Positions 9,588-25,668 of a stretch of DNA of 50,306 nt are shown piece after piece. The notes under the pieces are model-generated. The model made no database searches. It saw nothing but the letters and a program-made list of their open reading frames with translations, and was not told the origin of the DNA. The position numbers and the translations under genes were made by a program. The stretch is from Nannocystaceae bacterium (GTDB lineage Bacteria > Myxococcota_A > Polyangia > Nannocystales > Nannocystaceae), in the NCBI GenBank assembly GCA_041389865.1, contig JAWKRA010000004.1:1-50306 (forward strand), written 5' to 3'. Position 1 is the first letter of the stretch; every line of letters starts with the position of its first letter.

Positions 9588-10127
9588 ATGTCCACCTACA
9601 CCGACGAAACCGTTGACGATCCCGAGAGCCCGCCCTCGATCGCACCGTACGCGGACACGGTCCAGCACCCCGGGGTCGAGACGCCGGGCGCCCCGACGAT
9701 GCGCGCGCGCGTCGATCGCTACATCGTCCTGTCGCTGCTGGGCGCCGGCGCGATGGGGGTCGTCTACGCCGCCTACGATCCCGAGCTCGACCGCAAGGTC
9801 GCGCTGAAGCTCGTCAAGCAGCGCGACGACGCCAGCGGCCGGAGCCAGGACCGACTGCAACGCGAGGCCCAGGCGCTCGCCAGGCTCGACCATCGCAACG
9901 TGGTCCGCGTCTACGACGTCGGCGTGCACGAGGCGCAGCTCTTTATTGCGATGGAGTTCGTCGCCGGACGAACGCTCCGCGCGTGGCTGAAGGACGACCC
10001 TCCGCACCCGTGGCGAGCGCAGCTGCGCACGTTCATCGCCGCCGGTCACGGGCTCGCGGGGGCGCACGCGGCCGGCCTGGTGCATCGCGACTTCAAGCCC
10101 GACAATTTTGCAGTGGGAGGAGTCTAG
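9588..10127 (+). pseudogene. truncated Hanks-type Ser/Thr protein kinase (subdomains I-VIb only)
   Basis: LGAGAMGVVYAAYD (Gly loop), VALKLV (Lys), catalytic loop HRDFKPDNF, then a stop 5 codons later. No DFG/APE subdomains follow in any frame. Downstream sequence drops in GC and carries palindromes. Confidence 0.6.
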
Positions 10128-10781
10128 GTGGCAAAATTCTGACACGATTCGGGAAATCAGGTGGGTCGAGCCTGGATCGATCCTGAATCGATCCAAAATC
10201 CATCCGAATCAGGGAGATCGCTCCCGCTCCTGGACGCGAGCCGACGCGGAGAACGTCGTGCACAGCGAGCTCGCCGGCCGCTCATCGATCCCAAAGCGAA
10301 ACTCCGGCGCGCACAGGTGCGCGGCCAGCAGGCGTGACGGATCGACGCGGGCGTCCTCGCGCAAGAGCTGGGTCTCGCGGAAACGAAGCTGCATGACGAG
10401 CTCGGTGTCGCGCCGAACGGACTGCGACGATCCGAAAGGCCGCTCTGCCGTGATGGTGCTTCAGGCCGCGTTCGAAAGCGGCGTCGAGTTCACGAAGCGG
10501 CGCGCGTTGGGGTTGGCTCGCGAACGGCGACGTGCTCGACCGCCGAACCACCGAACCACCGAGCTACTCGCTGGACAACCGAATCCATCGACCGCCGAAC
10601 CTCCGAATACGAGCGAATCGCGTCGTCGAACCCACGTCGAGCTCGACGTACGCGACCAGCAGCCTACGCGCTCGCCACGTCCGCGAGCCGCAGGCTCTAC
10701 TTCTTCCGATTGATCCGCTTGACCACCGGGGTCACAGTCGACGCCGGAGTGAGCGACGCGGACGCGCCGGTCTGCGGCTCT

Positions 10782-11471
10782 CTACGGACCCGTGACGCGC
10801 TGCTTCAGCCGCTCCGCTCGCCTCAGCAGATTTTCTCGACTCCCGCGGTCACTCTCAGCGGTGATCGTCACGACGAACGAGCCATCGCGCTCCGAGACGC
10901 TCGCCTGAACCCCGCGCGGCACGAGCGGGCAGTAGTCCATCTCAGGCATCTCGTGCCCCGCCGCCGCGCTGCGGGCGATGTGGCAGTCGACGAGCTGCAG
11001 CAGCCCCGTCTTCGAGAGCCCAGGGACGGTGCGAAATACGATCTCCACGGGCTGCTTGGACTCGAGCGTCGGCACCGCGACGCTCGCGATGTCCGGCCAG
11101 TGAAAAAACGGGCTGAGGTCGCGATCTCGCTCGTCGATCCCTGCGCACGCCTCCTCCTCGGCCACACGAAGCTTCTCTGCCGCGGCGCGATGCTTCTGCG
11201 CGAGCTGGCGATGCTGCTCGGCCTCTCGCTTGTGCTCTTCGGTCGGGTTGCTCCACGTCGTCCAACAGAACGCAGCGCCGCCGCAGTCCTGGGTGGTCTC
11301 CTCACGTGTTGGGTCGTACTGCTGCTCGTGCTCGTCAGCCTGCACCTGCTCCGCCTGAGCGACGCGCTCGTGCTCCGCGACGCTCATATCGTGTGGTTTC
11401 GTGCCCGCGGACGCGCAGCCGCTCACGAGGAGCAGGAAGACGGCGCTTGTGGCGTTCTTGCAATGTCTCAT
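10782..11471 (-). CDS. hypothetical lipoprotein
   Basis: Signal peptide with lipobox (FLLLVSGCASAG), charged coiled region, conserved Cys pairs. No family recognised. Confidence 0.55.
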   Translation of the reverse strand: MRHCKNATSAVFLLLVSGCASAGTKPHDMSVAEHERVAQAEQVQADEHEQQYDPTREETTQDCGGAAFCWTTWSNPTEEHKREAEQHRQLAQKHRAAAEKLRVAEEEACAGIDERDRDLSPFFHWPDIASVAVPTLESKQPVEIVFRTVPGLSKTGLLQLVDCHIARSAAAGHEMPEMDYCPLVPRGVQASVSERDGSFVVTITAESDRGSRENLLRRAERLKQRVTGP

Positions 11472-11596
11472 GATCTCTCCTGTCGTTGGTCGTTGGTCGT
11501 TGTTGTCAGTAGTCTGTGTCGGTTCGCACGCAAGGAGCGCTGCTCACGGGGCCGTTCGGACTCGCGTTCGTGGCTGTCCTTGAGTACGGTTATTGA

Positions 11597-12229
11597 ATGG
11601 AGATCGACTTGAGCGCGCCACGAGGCGAGCGTCACGAACCCGGGCTCTCTCAGGAGGCTTCGACGCTGCTCGCCCGCCACAGGGATGAGCTCCTCGCGTT
11701 CATCGAATCGCGAGTCAGAGACCGGGCGCTCGCGGAGGACGTGCTGCACGCCGCGTACGTGCGGGCGCTCGAGAAGGGCTGCCTCGTCCACGACGACGAG
11801 CGGACGCTCGCTTGGTTTCGTCGGGTGCTCCGCAACCTCGGCGTCGATCTGCTGCGACGACGCGACGCCGGTCGCCGGGCGGTCGAGCTGTGGAGTCGAG
11901 ATATTGAGCGATGCACGCCTGGCCTCGACCGCGGCGACTCTCGAGACCCATGCCAGTGCGTCGAAGAGCAGCTCCCGCGCTTGCGATCCTCGTACGAGGT
12001 GGTCCTTCGCCGCGTCGCCTGGAACAGGGAGGCGATCGCCACCATCGCCTGTGATCTCGGCGTGAGCGCGAACACCGTCCGCGTACGCCTCCACCGCGCA
12101 CGCGCGGCGATGCGTCGATCCCTGCTCGCGGTCTGTGGCGCCGGCGCGCCCGGGCGCTGCTCGGACTGCCGCTGTAGCGAGTCGATGACCAGCGTCGAGG
12201 CGCCTGCGGCCGCCCCTCACCGGCGCTGA
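11597..12229 (+). CDS. ECF sigma-70 factor with C-terminal cysteine-rich extension (CorE-like, ECF44-type)
   Basis: Sigma-2 (LLAFIESRVRDRALAEDVLHAAYVRA) and sigma-4 (VVLRRVAWNREAIATIACDLGVSANTVRVRLHRARAAMR) regions, a linker CQC, and a tail CGAGAPGRCSDCRCSE. Confidence 0.7.
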   Translation: MEIDLSAPRGERHEPGLSQEASTLLARHRDELLAFIESRVRDRALAEDVLHAAYVRALEKGCLVHDDERTLAWFRRVLRNLGVDLLRRRDAGRRAVELWSRDIERCTPGLDRGDSRDPCQCVEEQLPRLRSSYEVVLRRVAWNREAIATIACDLGVSANTVRVRLHRARAAMRRSLLAVCGAGAPGRCSDCRCSESMTSVEAPAAAPHRR

Positions 12230-12237
12230 CCGCCGAG

Positions 12238-12815
12238 TCACGGCGATCCCTCCTCCTCCGCGCTTGCGCAATGGGTGCAGACGGAGAAGTAGTAGCCGAG
12301 CGCGAGCCCCATGAACGCGATCCCGGCGAGTCCCTCGAGCGCGGAGAGCAGCTTGGCGAGCGGCGTGACCGGTGTGAAGTCGCCGTAGCCGACGGTCGTG
12401 ATCGTGATGACGCTTAAGTAGAGCGAGTCGCCCATGATCCTGTGAAGCGCGACGACGGGCGACGTTTCGGCTCCGTGGAGCGGCAGGAAGCCACGGATCG
12501 CAGGCGCTCCCGGGCCGACGTGCGCGAGGGTGTAGAGAGCGGCGAAGACCAAAATGAGCGAGGCGTAGGACTGCAGCAGGGCCATGATGCGGAAGCGCGT
12601 GTGATCCCGAATCACTCGGGCGAGCGCGACAGTGAGCCCCACGACGGGCAGGACGCCAGCGCACACGGCGAACAACGCCGCGATCAGAGGCGGTGGCGTC
12701 GAGCTCGCGGCGCTGTACCCCACGAGCCCGAGATACGGGATCGCGCAGAGCATGACCGTGACGAGCAGGGGCTGACCCCGCAGCGCCGACAGGAGCATCT
12801 CTCTACGAATTGCGA

Positions 12816-12819
<4 letters not shown>
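12238..12819 (-). CDS. two-TM K+-channel-like protein (Ion_trans_2) with selectivity filter TVGYGD
   Basis: ITITTVGYGDFTPVT between two hydrophobic helices. Its start codon overlaps the cusA stop (ATGA), so it is translationally coupled to the RND pump. Confidence 0.6.
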
Positions 12820-16676
<3,857 letters not shown>

Positions 16677-16682
16677 GTACGA

Positions 16683-18737
16683 TCAATGATGGTGGCCCGC
16701 GGCCGCGGCCGGAGGGGGCGGCGCGGAGTCGCCGACGCGAACGGTGAGCCGCTCACGCGGCAGCACCGTCCCCCGGAACTCGCCGCAGCGCAGCATCGCG
16801 GCGCCGTAGTAGGGGTTTCGCAGCACCTCGTCGCGCTGGACCCATCGCGCGCCTCGGGAGTCGAACGCCATCGGGCAGTAGGCGACGCGCAGCGGGTCCT
16901 CGATCGGGTTCCCGAATTCCTCGAGCAGCCGCTCGAGCTGAACGCTGACGTGTTCGAACGCGCTGCGGACCTCGGCGATCGTCTCGGCCTGCGCGGCGTG
17001 TCTGGCGTGGCCGCCAAGCTCCGACGCGGTCTTCTGCCACGCCTCTCGCACCGTGCGCGCGCCCGGCGGATCGAGCTCGTTGACCACGGCCGCGAGGCCC
17101 TCGAGGGAGCTTCGGGCGTCCGTGAGATCATCGGCCGCGAGCCGCTCCTGTCCCTCGAGATAGGCGAGAACCGCCGGCGCGATGGTCTCGAGGAACGCGG
17201 GCGTGACCGCCAAGGCGGGCCGCTCGTCGTCCGCTCGGTCGTCGCCGAGCGTCATCATGCTGCGTCCGCCGGAGAGCTGCAGATCGGCGTCGAGCAGGAA
17301 GGTCCCCCGGGTGACCACCCGCTCGCCCTCGTTCAACCCCGCGAGCACAGGGTAAACGGGGCCCGCCTTAGGCCCCAGTCGAACCTCGCGCAGCTCGTAG
17401 GTCGGGCGCTCGGCGTCGGGGACCTCGACGTAGACGACCGAGCGTCGCCCCGTGAACATCGGCGCGGTGCTGGCGACGACGAGCTGACTCTTGGATTTTT
17501 CGGCGCCCGCGTGGATCACCGCGGACGCGAACATCCCTGGTCGAAGCTGGCCGTCGCGGTTCTTGACCTCGACGCGGACCCGGGCCGTACGACTGCGCTT
17601 GTCGACGACGGGATCAATGAACCCGACCTTGCCGACAAAGACCTGTCCGGGGACAGCCTCGACGGTCAGCTCGACCTCCTGGCCGACGTGCAGGTGCGCG
17701 AGGTCGGACTCGTAGGCGTCGATTTGCACCCAGACCTCGGAGAGGTCGGCGACGCTGTACAGGGGCGCGCCAGGGGTCACGTACTGACCCTCCTCGACGT
17801 GTCGCTCGAGCACGGTGCCGCCGAACGGGGCGTGGATGTCGACGTGCTTGGGCGCCTCGCCGGTGCGCTCGATGCTCTCGATCACCTTGTCGGAGACGCC
17901 CAGGAGGCGCAGTCGCGTGCGCGTGGCCTCGAGCGTCGACGCGCCCAGGCCGGCGGCGCCGTGCAGCCCCTTGCTGAGCTTCTTGGCCTGCGACGCCGCG
18001 AGCACGAGCTCCCGCGTCGCCGTGTAGATCTCGGGGCTGTACAGCTTGGCGACGACGCGGTTCTTGGCGATCCGCGTGCCGGTCGTGCGCACCAGCAGGC
18101 GGTCGATGCGGCCGCCCGTCCACGGCGTGATGGTGCGCAGCCGCGACTCATCATGATCGACGCGGCCGAGCAGCCTGATCTCGGCGCGCGGCTCGGTGCG
18201 CGTGACCGGCTCGGTCTCGACCTGCGCGAGCGCGCGGGCGCGAGGAGAGAGCGACACCTGCCCGCGGTGCTCCACGTGGTCCGAACCATCTGAGGCCTTC
18301 ATCGTCGCTGGTATCAGCTCCATCCCGCAGATCGGGCACGAGCCCGGCTCGTTCATGCGGATCTGCGGGTGCATGGAGCAGGTCCAAACCTGCTGCGCTG
18401 CGGGCTCGGTGACGTGGTCGGCGTGCTCGCCAGCCGCGGGCGCAAGAGGCTCCGCTCCGAAGCGCGATCCGAGGAACAGGCCTACGGCCAGCGCCGTGAG
18501 CAGGCTAACCGAGCTCCCCGCGATCCGCAGCCCGAGCGCCGCCGGCCCGCGGCGCGCTGGCGCGTCTCTGTACACGCGCTCCAGCAATCGGTCGCGCCAA
18601 CGATGAGACCCGCGCGCACCTGTAGCGGCGCGCGGCTCATCGAGCGTCGACGTGTCCGTCTCACGCGGCATGGCGTGATCCACCTCGTGCTCATCGGCTG
18701 GGTTAGGCGCTTCGGGACCCGTGTTCGTGTCGTTCAT
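16683..18737 (-). CDS. cusB: CusB-like RND periplasmic adaptor (membrane fusion protein) with N-terminal heavy-metal-binding domain and C-terminal DUF3347
   Basis: WTCSMHPQIRMNEPGSCPICGMEL (HMBD), biotinyl/lipoyl-like plus beta-barrel MFP core, C-terminal AYCPMAFDSRGARWVQ (DUF3347 signature). Six-bp gap to cusA. Confidence 0.8.
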   Translation of the reverse strand: MNDTNTGPEAPNPADEHEVDHAMPRETDTSTLDEPRAATGARGSHRWRDRLLERVYRDAPARRGPAALGLRIAGSSVSLLTALAVGLFLGSRFGAEPLAPAAGEHADHVTEPAAQQVWTCSMHPQIRMNEPGSCPICGMELIPATMKASDGSDHVEHRGQVSLSPRARALAQVETEPVTRTEPRAEIRLLGRVDHDESRLRTITPWTGGRIDRLLVRTTGTRIAKNRVVAKLYSPEIYTATRELVLAASQAKKLSKGLHGAAGLGASTLEATRTRLRLLGVSDKVIESIERTGEAPKHVDIHAPFGGTVLERHVEEGQYVTPGAPLYSVADLSEVWVQIDAYESDLAHLHVGQEVELTVEAVPGQVFVGKVGFIDPVVDKRSRTARVRVEVKNRDGQLRPGMFASAVIHAGAEKSKSQLVVASTAPMFTGRRSVVYVEVPDAERPTYELREVRLGPKAGPVYPVLAGLNEGERVVTRGTFLLDADLQLSGGRSMMTLGDDRADDERPALAVTPAFLETIAPAVLAYLEGQERLAADDLTDARSSLEGLAAVVNELDPPGARTVREAWQKTASELGGHARHAAQAETIAEVRSAFEHVSVQLERLLEEFGNPIEDPLRVAYCPMAFDSRGARWVQRDEVLRNPYYGAAMLRCGEFRGTVLPRERLTVRVGDSAPPPPAAAAGHHH

Positions 18738-20161
18738 CGCAACTCCTTGGATGCCCGGACCGGGCGGCCGACGACCTGCTCGAGCTCAGCCCAGGCGATC
18801 GCCGCGTCGACGCGGGCGCGCAGCGCCATCAGCCGCAGGTCAAGCAGCTCGCGCTCCGCCATCAACACCTCGACCACGCTCGCGCGGCCGCTCTGGTAGC
18901 TGGCCTGGACGGCCTCGTAGGACGTCTCGGCCAGCGGGATCATCGTTGTGTCGTAGAGCGCGACCCGGCGGTCCGCGTCGCGCAACCTCGCCATCACGCG
19001 TTCGAAGTCCTCGACGGCGTGGTTGCGAGCGGCGAGCTCACGCGCGCGAAACATCCGCGAGCGGGCTCGCGCCTCATCCTCGCCGGCGCTGTAGGAGCCG
19101 AACGAGAGCGGCACCTTGATGGCCGCCATGCCCATGACCGCGTCCTTGCCAGAGTCGGGCATCGTGGGATCAGCGGCCGGTCCGGTGATGATCCAATCGA
19201 CGCCCAGGCCAAAGCTCGGGAACCGATCGGCTCGTGACTGCCGGACGCGCTGGTCGCTCGACTCGGACATCAGCGCCAGCGCCCGCACGCGTGGGTGCGA
19301 GGTGGCGGCGAGCCGCAGCGAATCGTCGTCCTCGCCCGGGACTCCGATCCGCGGCGTCGCGGTGTCGATCGGGGTCGCAGCGCCATCGGGCGCGCCCACC
19401 ACCCGCACGAGCGCGGCCGCGGCGGTCCGCGCGTCCTCGTCGAGCGCGGCGAGGTGGTCCTCGGCGCGGGTGACCCGGAGGTTGATCTGCGTGAGGTCAG
19501 AGAGAGCGGCCGCGCTGGCCTCGACGCGGACGCGCACGAACTCGGCGACGGTCTGCAAGAGCGAGAGCTGCTCGGCCTCGACCTCGCGCGTGCGCTTGAT
19601 CAGCCACAGGCGCCAGTACACCGCCGACACCTCGGCCGCGATCCGGAGCGCGTGGGCTTCGAATTCGCGCTGGGCAGCCCGCGCGGCCAGGGCCTCCGCC
19701 TCACTCGCGGCGGTGAGCTTCGTCGGCCATGGGAACCACTGCTGGAGCCCGAGCTTGTGGCGCTGCGGGCCGACGCGCGTCTCGACGCTGCGGATGAACC
19801 CCGCGTACGAGATCATCACCTCGGGGAGCCGACGAACCATGCGCGGCCGATAGGTCGCGGCCCGCCACGCTTCGAAGCTAGCCCGCAGCTCCGGACTGTG
19901 CTCGAACGCGTACTGCTGGTAGCGCAGCAGCGTCCCGTCGAACGACGCGGTCGACGGCGTCGGCTGCTGCGCTGCGCCATCGTCGACGGGGCGAGCAGGC
20001 AGCGGGGCGAGCTGACGCTCGACACGCGCCGCGTCGCGTCGCGTCGCGCGTTCGACGGTGCCGGCGCACGCAGGGCCAGCGCTCGCGAGCGCGGCGGCCA
20101 GCAGGGGCCAGGGAAAGACCGTCCGCCCCGCTCGAGCGGACGTCGGTTGTTTGGATGACAT
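18734..20161 (-). CDS. cusC: TolC/CusC-family outer-membrane efflux protein
   Basis: Start taken at the internal Met (MSSKQPTSARAG) with a signal peptide. Two TolC-like repeats. The 4-bp overlap with the cusB start indicates a cusCBA operon. Confidence 0.75.
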   Translation of the reverse strand: MSSKQPTSARAGRTVFPWPLLAAALASAGPACAGTVERATRRDAARVERQLAPLPARPVDDGAAQQPTPSTASFDGTLLRYQQYAFEHSPELRASFEAWRAATYRPRMVRRLPEVMISYAGFIRSVETRVGPQRHKLGLQQWFPWPTKLTAASEAEALAARAAQREFEAHALRIAAEVSAVYWRLWLIKRTREVEAEQLSLLQTVAEFVRVRVEASAAALSDLTQINLRVTRAEDHLAALDEDARTAAAALVRVVGAPDGAATPIDTATPRIGVPGEDDDSLRLAATSHPRVRALALMSESSDQRVRQSRADRFPSFGLGVDWIITGPAADPTMPDSGKDAVMGMAAIKVPLSFGSYSAGEDEARARSRMFRARELAARNHAVEDFERVMARLRDADRRVALYDTTMIPLAETSYEAVQASYQSGRASVVEVLMAERELLDLRLMALRARVDAAIAWAELEQVVGRPVRASKELR

Positions 20162-20249
20162 GGAAGAACCTGTTCCTCGCGCTGTGATGCTCTCAAGACC
20201 CCACGCCGCCCGCGTACACGAGGGCGGCGACAGCTCAAGCGCGGCTGGT

Positions 20250-20654
20250 TCACAGCAAGTAGGAGCAGTTCTGCTTGTAGAGGCCCACGCGGTCTGGTGG
20301 ACCTCGTGCCCGAGCGCGCGCGAACGAGGCGCGCGCGACCGGACGGGCCAATGGCGCTGTGTGTCGGACGTGAGACACCCGCGCGACCGACGGGGACGGC
20401 TCTGGATCGTCGAGCACAGCCGACGGCGCGCCCGCGCGGGACATGTCCGAAGAGCAACACGGCTCACGCTGGACGGAGGCCGCCTCGCGCCCCTCCGGGT
20501 CGCGGTGCTTGCAGCAGCAGCACGACTCCACCGCTGTGGTCGGGCACGCGCGCGTCGGCGTGCCTGGCAGCGTGAGGGCGATCGCCATCAGCACGCCGAG
20601 CAGACGAGCCCACCACGGCGTCGTGCCTCTCGCTCGGCTCGCGGCGTCGCTCAC
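20250..20654 (-). CDS. candidate small secreted Cys-rich protein (CCCC motif) directly upstream of cusC
   Basis: N-terminus MSDAASRARGTTPWWARLLGVLMAIALTLPGT looks like a signal peptide, followed by ACPTTAVESCCCCKHRDPEG...PCCSSD. High GC3 in the first ~80 codons. The C-terminal third is low-complexity, so its extent is uncertain. Confidence 0.3.
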   Translation of the reverse strand: MSDAASRARGTTPWWARLLGVLMAIALTLPGTPTRACPTTAVESCCCCKHRDPEGREAASVQREPCCSSDMSRAGAPSAVLDDPEPSPSVARVSHVRHTAPLARPVARASFARARARGPPDRVGLYKQNCSYLL

Positions 20655-20763
20655 CCTGACACCGTACCTAACTTTGGCGTGCTCGAATGAAGTGAGGCCG
20701 CGTGAAGTGAATCACGTACCGCGATGAGGTGTAATGATCAGGGACTTCGCTCGTTGAGAGCGT

Positions 20764-21234
20764 GTGGAGGACACCGTTCAAGCAGCACGAGACGTAGCAC
20801 AACGCCAGCGAAGGGCCCTCTGGCTCTCGATCGCGCTGTCGATGCTCGGCGAGCTGACCATCCTGCTCGTCTGGGGCATTTTCCTCTACCCCGCGGGCGA
20901 TCTTGCGACGAAGTTCCTGTGGACCGTCGTTGTTTGCGGACTCGGCATGGGCTCGACCATAGGAGCGCTGCTCGTGCTGCTCGTGGTCGGGCGGCTCTGG
21001 GGCGCCGCCGCGATCGCAGCGTCGACCGTGCTGTCGACCCTCGTGCTCGGCGTCGGCTGCAACCTGCTCTGCTTTCAGCTCGACACGCACTTCTTCCACT
21101 CCTTCGGCGGCGCCGAGAACTCCGGGCTCTTCCTCTGGAACGGCGTGTTCATGGCGGCGGTCGGCGGGGCGATCACCGGATGGTTGGTGTTCACGGACTC
21201 CGGAGCGCGCATCCTGACGCGGTTCGGAGTATGA
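20764..21234 (+). CDS. hypothetical integral membrane protein (4 TM)
   Basis: Hydrophobic helices LWLSIALSMLGELTILLVWGIFLY, FLWTVVVCGLGMGSTIGALLVLLVV, etc. Confidence 0.5.
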   Translation: MEDTVQAARDVAQRQRRALWLSIALSMLGELTILLVWGIFLYPAGDLATKFLWTVVVCGLGMGSTIGALLVLLVVGRLWGAAAIAASTVLSTLVLGVGCNLLCFQLDTHFFHSFGGAENSGLFLWNGVFMAAVGGAITGWLVFTDSGARILTRFGV

Positions 21235-21343
21235 GCGAGGTGCGTTTACAGCGGAGTCCTGTGATCATTCCGTCGAGCCACGTATCGTCGGCGGGTCGCT
21301 TGATCGTGCGCGGCAGGATGAGCTCGAACCCCGGAGGCAAACG

Positions 21344-21997
21344 ATGAACCCGATGCGATTCCTCAAGCCAGCCCTGACCCCCTCCGCGCGACGCGGGCTC
21401 GCGACGCGGTTCAATCGGTCCGAGATCGCCGACATCCTCGACGACACGTTCGCCGCGTATGACGAGCAGCGCCCGCAGCTCATCCGCGAGCCGTCCGCGG
21501 GCGGTCGCCTCATGGTGCACCTCGCGGCGCTGACGGTCGGCCTCTACCGCGCGATCACGGCTCGGGGAGTCTGTGAGGACGAGGCTCGCGCCCTGACGGC
21601 CGCCGTGACCTGGAGGATCTACGAGAAGATGGCGTCGATCCCCTCGGCGCTCGCGCGGGTCAGCGCGCACACAGCCTTCGACTTCCTCAAGCGCGCGACG
21701 GACCTCTTCCGTCGCTTCCCGTTCAGCGCGCCGTCCTACGTCATGGAGGACGTGGCGAGCAATGACGACGTGGTCGCGTTTGATGTTCGCCGCTGCCCCG
21801 TCGCCGAGCACTTTCGGTCGCAGGGGCTCGGCGAGCTGTGTGTCGCGTCGTGGTGTAACCTCGACGTTCCGCTCGCCCAGCGGTGGGGCGCGCAGCTCGA
21901 ACGCAGCCGCACCATCGCCGGCGGCGCGAGCCACTGCGACTTTCGCTGGCGCGTCATCGCAGCCGATCAGCAAAGCGCCGCCGGAGATCGCTCATGA
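21344..21997 (+). CDS. L-2-amino-thiazoline-4-carboxylic acid hydrolase-like (ATC_hydrolase family) protein
   Basis: C-terminal conserved pattern RCPVAEHFRSQGLGELCVASWCNLDVPLAQRWGAQLERSRTIAGGASHCDFRW. Confidence 0.55.
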   Translation: MNPMRFLKPALTPSARRGLATRFNRSEIADILDDTFAAYDEQRPQLIREPSAGGRLMVHLAALTVGLYRAITARGVCEDEARALTAAVTWRIYEKMASIPSALARVSAHTAFDFLKRATDLFRRFPFSAPSYVMEDVASNDDVVAFDVRRCPVAEHFRSQGLGELCVASWCNLDVPLAQRWGAQLERSRTIAGGASHCDFRWRVIAADQQSAAGDRS

Positions 21998-22076
21998 GCG
22001 CGCGAGGCCTGGTCGACGCGCCGCGGGCGATGACACGTCGGGCGGCGGTCGCTGCCGCTACGACGAGGGGGAGCGC

Positions 22077-22757
22077 ATGAGCGGGATCCAGACCGGCTCC
22101 AAGACGTGTGGGTGTGGTCGCGGCGCCCACGAGACGCGCCTCGTCGCCGTCACCGGGGGACCGGGCGCGGGGAAGACCGCCATCCTCGAGATGGCGCTTC
22201 GTTCGTTCTGCGCCCACGTGGGAGTCCTCCCCGAGGCAGCGAGCGTTGTGTTCGGCGGCGGGTTCCCGCGACACAGCACCGACATCGCTCGCCGCGCCGC
22301 GCAACGAGCCATCTACCACGTCCAGCGGGAGATCGAGGCGGTCGTCGTCGGTGAGCGTCAGGTCGCCGTTGGTCTCTGCGATCGCGGGACCGTCGACGGC
22401 GTCGCCTACTGGCCTGGCTCGGCCGCTTCGTACTGGGAGGAGCTCGGGACCACCGCGGAGGCCGAGCTCCGACGCTACGCAGCGGTCATCCACCTCGAGA
22501 CGCCCGCCGCAGATCAGGGCTACAACCATCAGAACGCCCTGCGGGTCGAGTCGCCGACCGAGGCTCGCGCGCTCGATCGACGGATCCTCGCCGCCTGGGC
22601 GGGTCACCCCAACCACGCGGTCGTATCGAGCGCCGACGACTTCGTCCAAAAGGCCGCGCGCGCGCTCGAGCTCGTGCGCGCCCAGCTCTCGCCGTGCTGC
22701 CACGGGCACGCGCTCCCCCACGAATCACGACCGGAGCGCGAGCGCGATGGAGCGTGA
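22077..22757 (+). CDS. P-loop ATPase (AAA_28/NadR-like predicted ATPase)
   Basis: Walker A VTGGPGAGKTAIL, Walker B-like AVIHLET. GGGGGAG RBS upstream. Start at internal ATG 22077. Confidence 0.55.
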   Translation: MSGIQTGSKTCGCGRGAHETRLVAVTGGPGAGKTAILEMALRSFCAHVGVLPEAASVVFGGGFPRHSTDIARRAAQRAIYHVQREIEAVVVGERQVAVGLCDRGTVDGVAYWPGSAASYWEELGTTAEAELRRYAAVIHLETPAADQGYNHQNALRVESPTEARALDRRILAAWAGHPNHAVVSSADDFVQKAARALELVRAQLSPCCHGHALPHESRPERERDGA

Positions 22758-23005
22758 GCGATCGGATCCGACCTCGGGTTGGTCCAGCGGATCGATGCGC
22801 GTTGGGGGCGACACCCGCGGCTCTACGCCGCGCAGGACGCGATCACGTTCCTCGGTCGCGCCCACGCGATCCCGCGTCGCGCGGTGGGGGCGGCGGGCGT
22901 CGGCCGCGACCTTGTCGCGGATATCCGACGAGTGTTCGGGAACATCTCGGTCGAGTCCGCTATTTTCGGCACTTTCTCCGTCGCAACCGCCACACGTGAG
23001 GACGA

Positions 23006-23647
23006 ATGAAAGACGCTTCGAACGAACTCCGGACGCGTAGCACCGCGCTCGCGCGTCAGCGCTACGACCGGATCGCGCCGGTGTACGACCTCGTCGAGTG
23101 GTTCATGGAGCTGCGCGCGTCCGGCTGGCGCCGTCAGCTCTGGAGCCTCGTCGAGGGAAAGCAGGTGCTCGAGATCGGCGTTGGGACCGGCGCGAGCCTG
23201 CGTCATCACCCGAGCGGGGCCCGCATCGTGGCGATCGACATCTCGGAGCGCATGCTTCTCCGAGCGCGCCGTAAGGCCGAGCGCCTCGGCGTCGGGTCGA
23301 CGCTGATGCTCGGTGACGCGCAGGAGCTCCCGTTCGCCGACGACTCCTTCGATTCGGTCATCTCGAGCTTCGTGTTCTGCTCGATCCCCGACCCTCTGCT
23401 CGGCCTCCGCGAGGCGCGACGCGTGCTCCGGCCCGGCGGGCGCCTGCTCCTACTCGAGCACGTCCTCTCGGAGCGCCCCGTGCTCCGCCAATTGATGCGC
23501 TGGATGGATCCGATCGCGAGTCGGATCTCCGGCGCGCACATCGACCGCGCGACCGTCGCGACCGTCGAGGAGGCAGGCTTTGTCGATGTTGAGACCATCG
23601 ATCGATCGCTTGACGTGGTCAAGCAGATCACGGCGTACTCGCCTTGA
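23006..23647 (+). CDS. class I SAM-dependent methyltransferase (Methyltransf_11-like)
   Basis: Motif I VLEIGVGTGAS, post-I acidic IVAIDISE, motif II FDSVISSF, motif III LRPGGRLLLLEH. Confidence 0.7.
   Translation: MKDASNELRTRSTALARQRYDRIAPVYDLVEWFMELRASGWRRQLWSLVEGKQVLEIGVGTGASLRHHPSGARIVAIDISERMLLRARRKAERLGVGSTLMLGDAQELPFADDSFDSVISSFVFCSIPDPLLGLREARRVLRPGGRLLLLEHVLSERPVLRQLMRWMDPIASRISGAHIDRATVATVEEAGFVDVETIDRSLDVVKQITAYSP

Positions 23648-25664
<2,017 letters not shown>

Positions 25665-25668
<4 letters not shown>

Noticed and set aside
21191-21973. 260-aa minus-strand ORF
   Set aside because: It is antisense to the ATC-hydrolase-like gene, which has a conserved C-terminal motif set.
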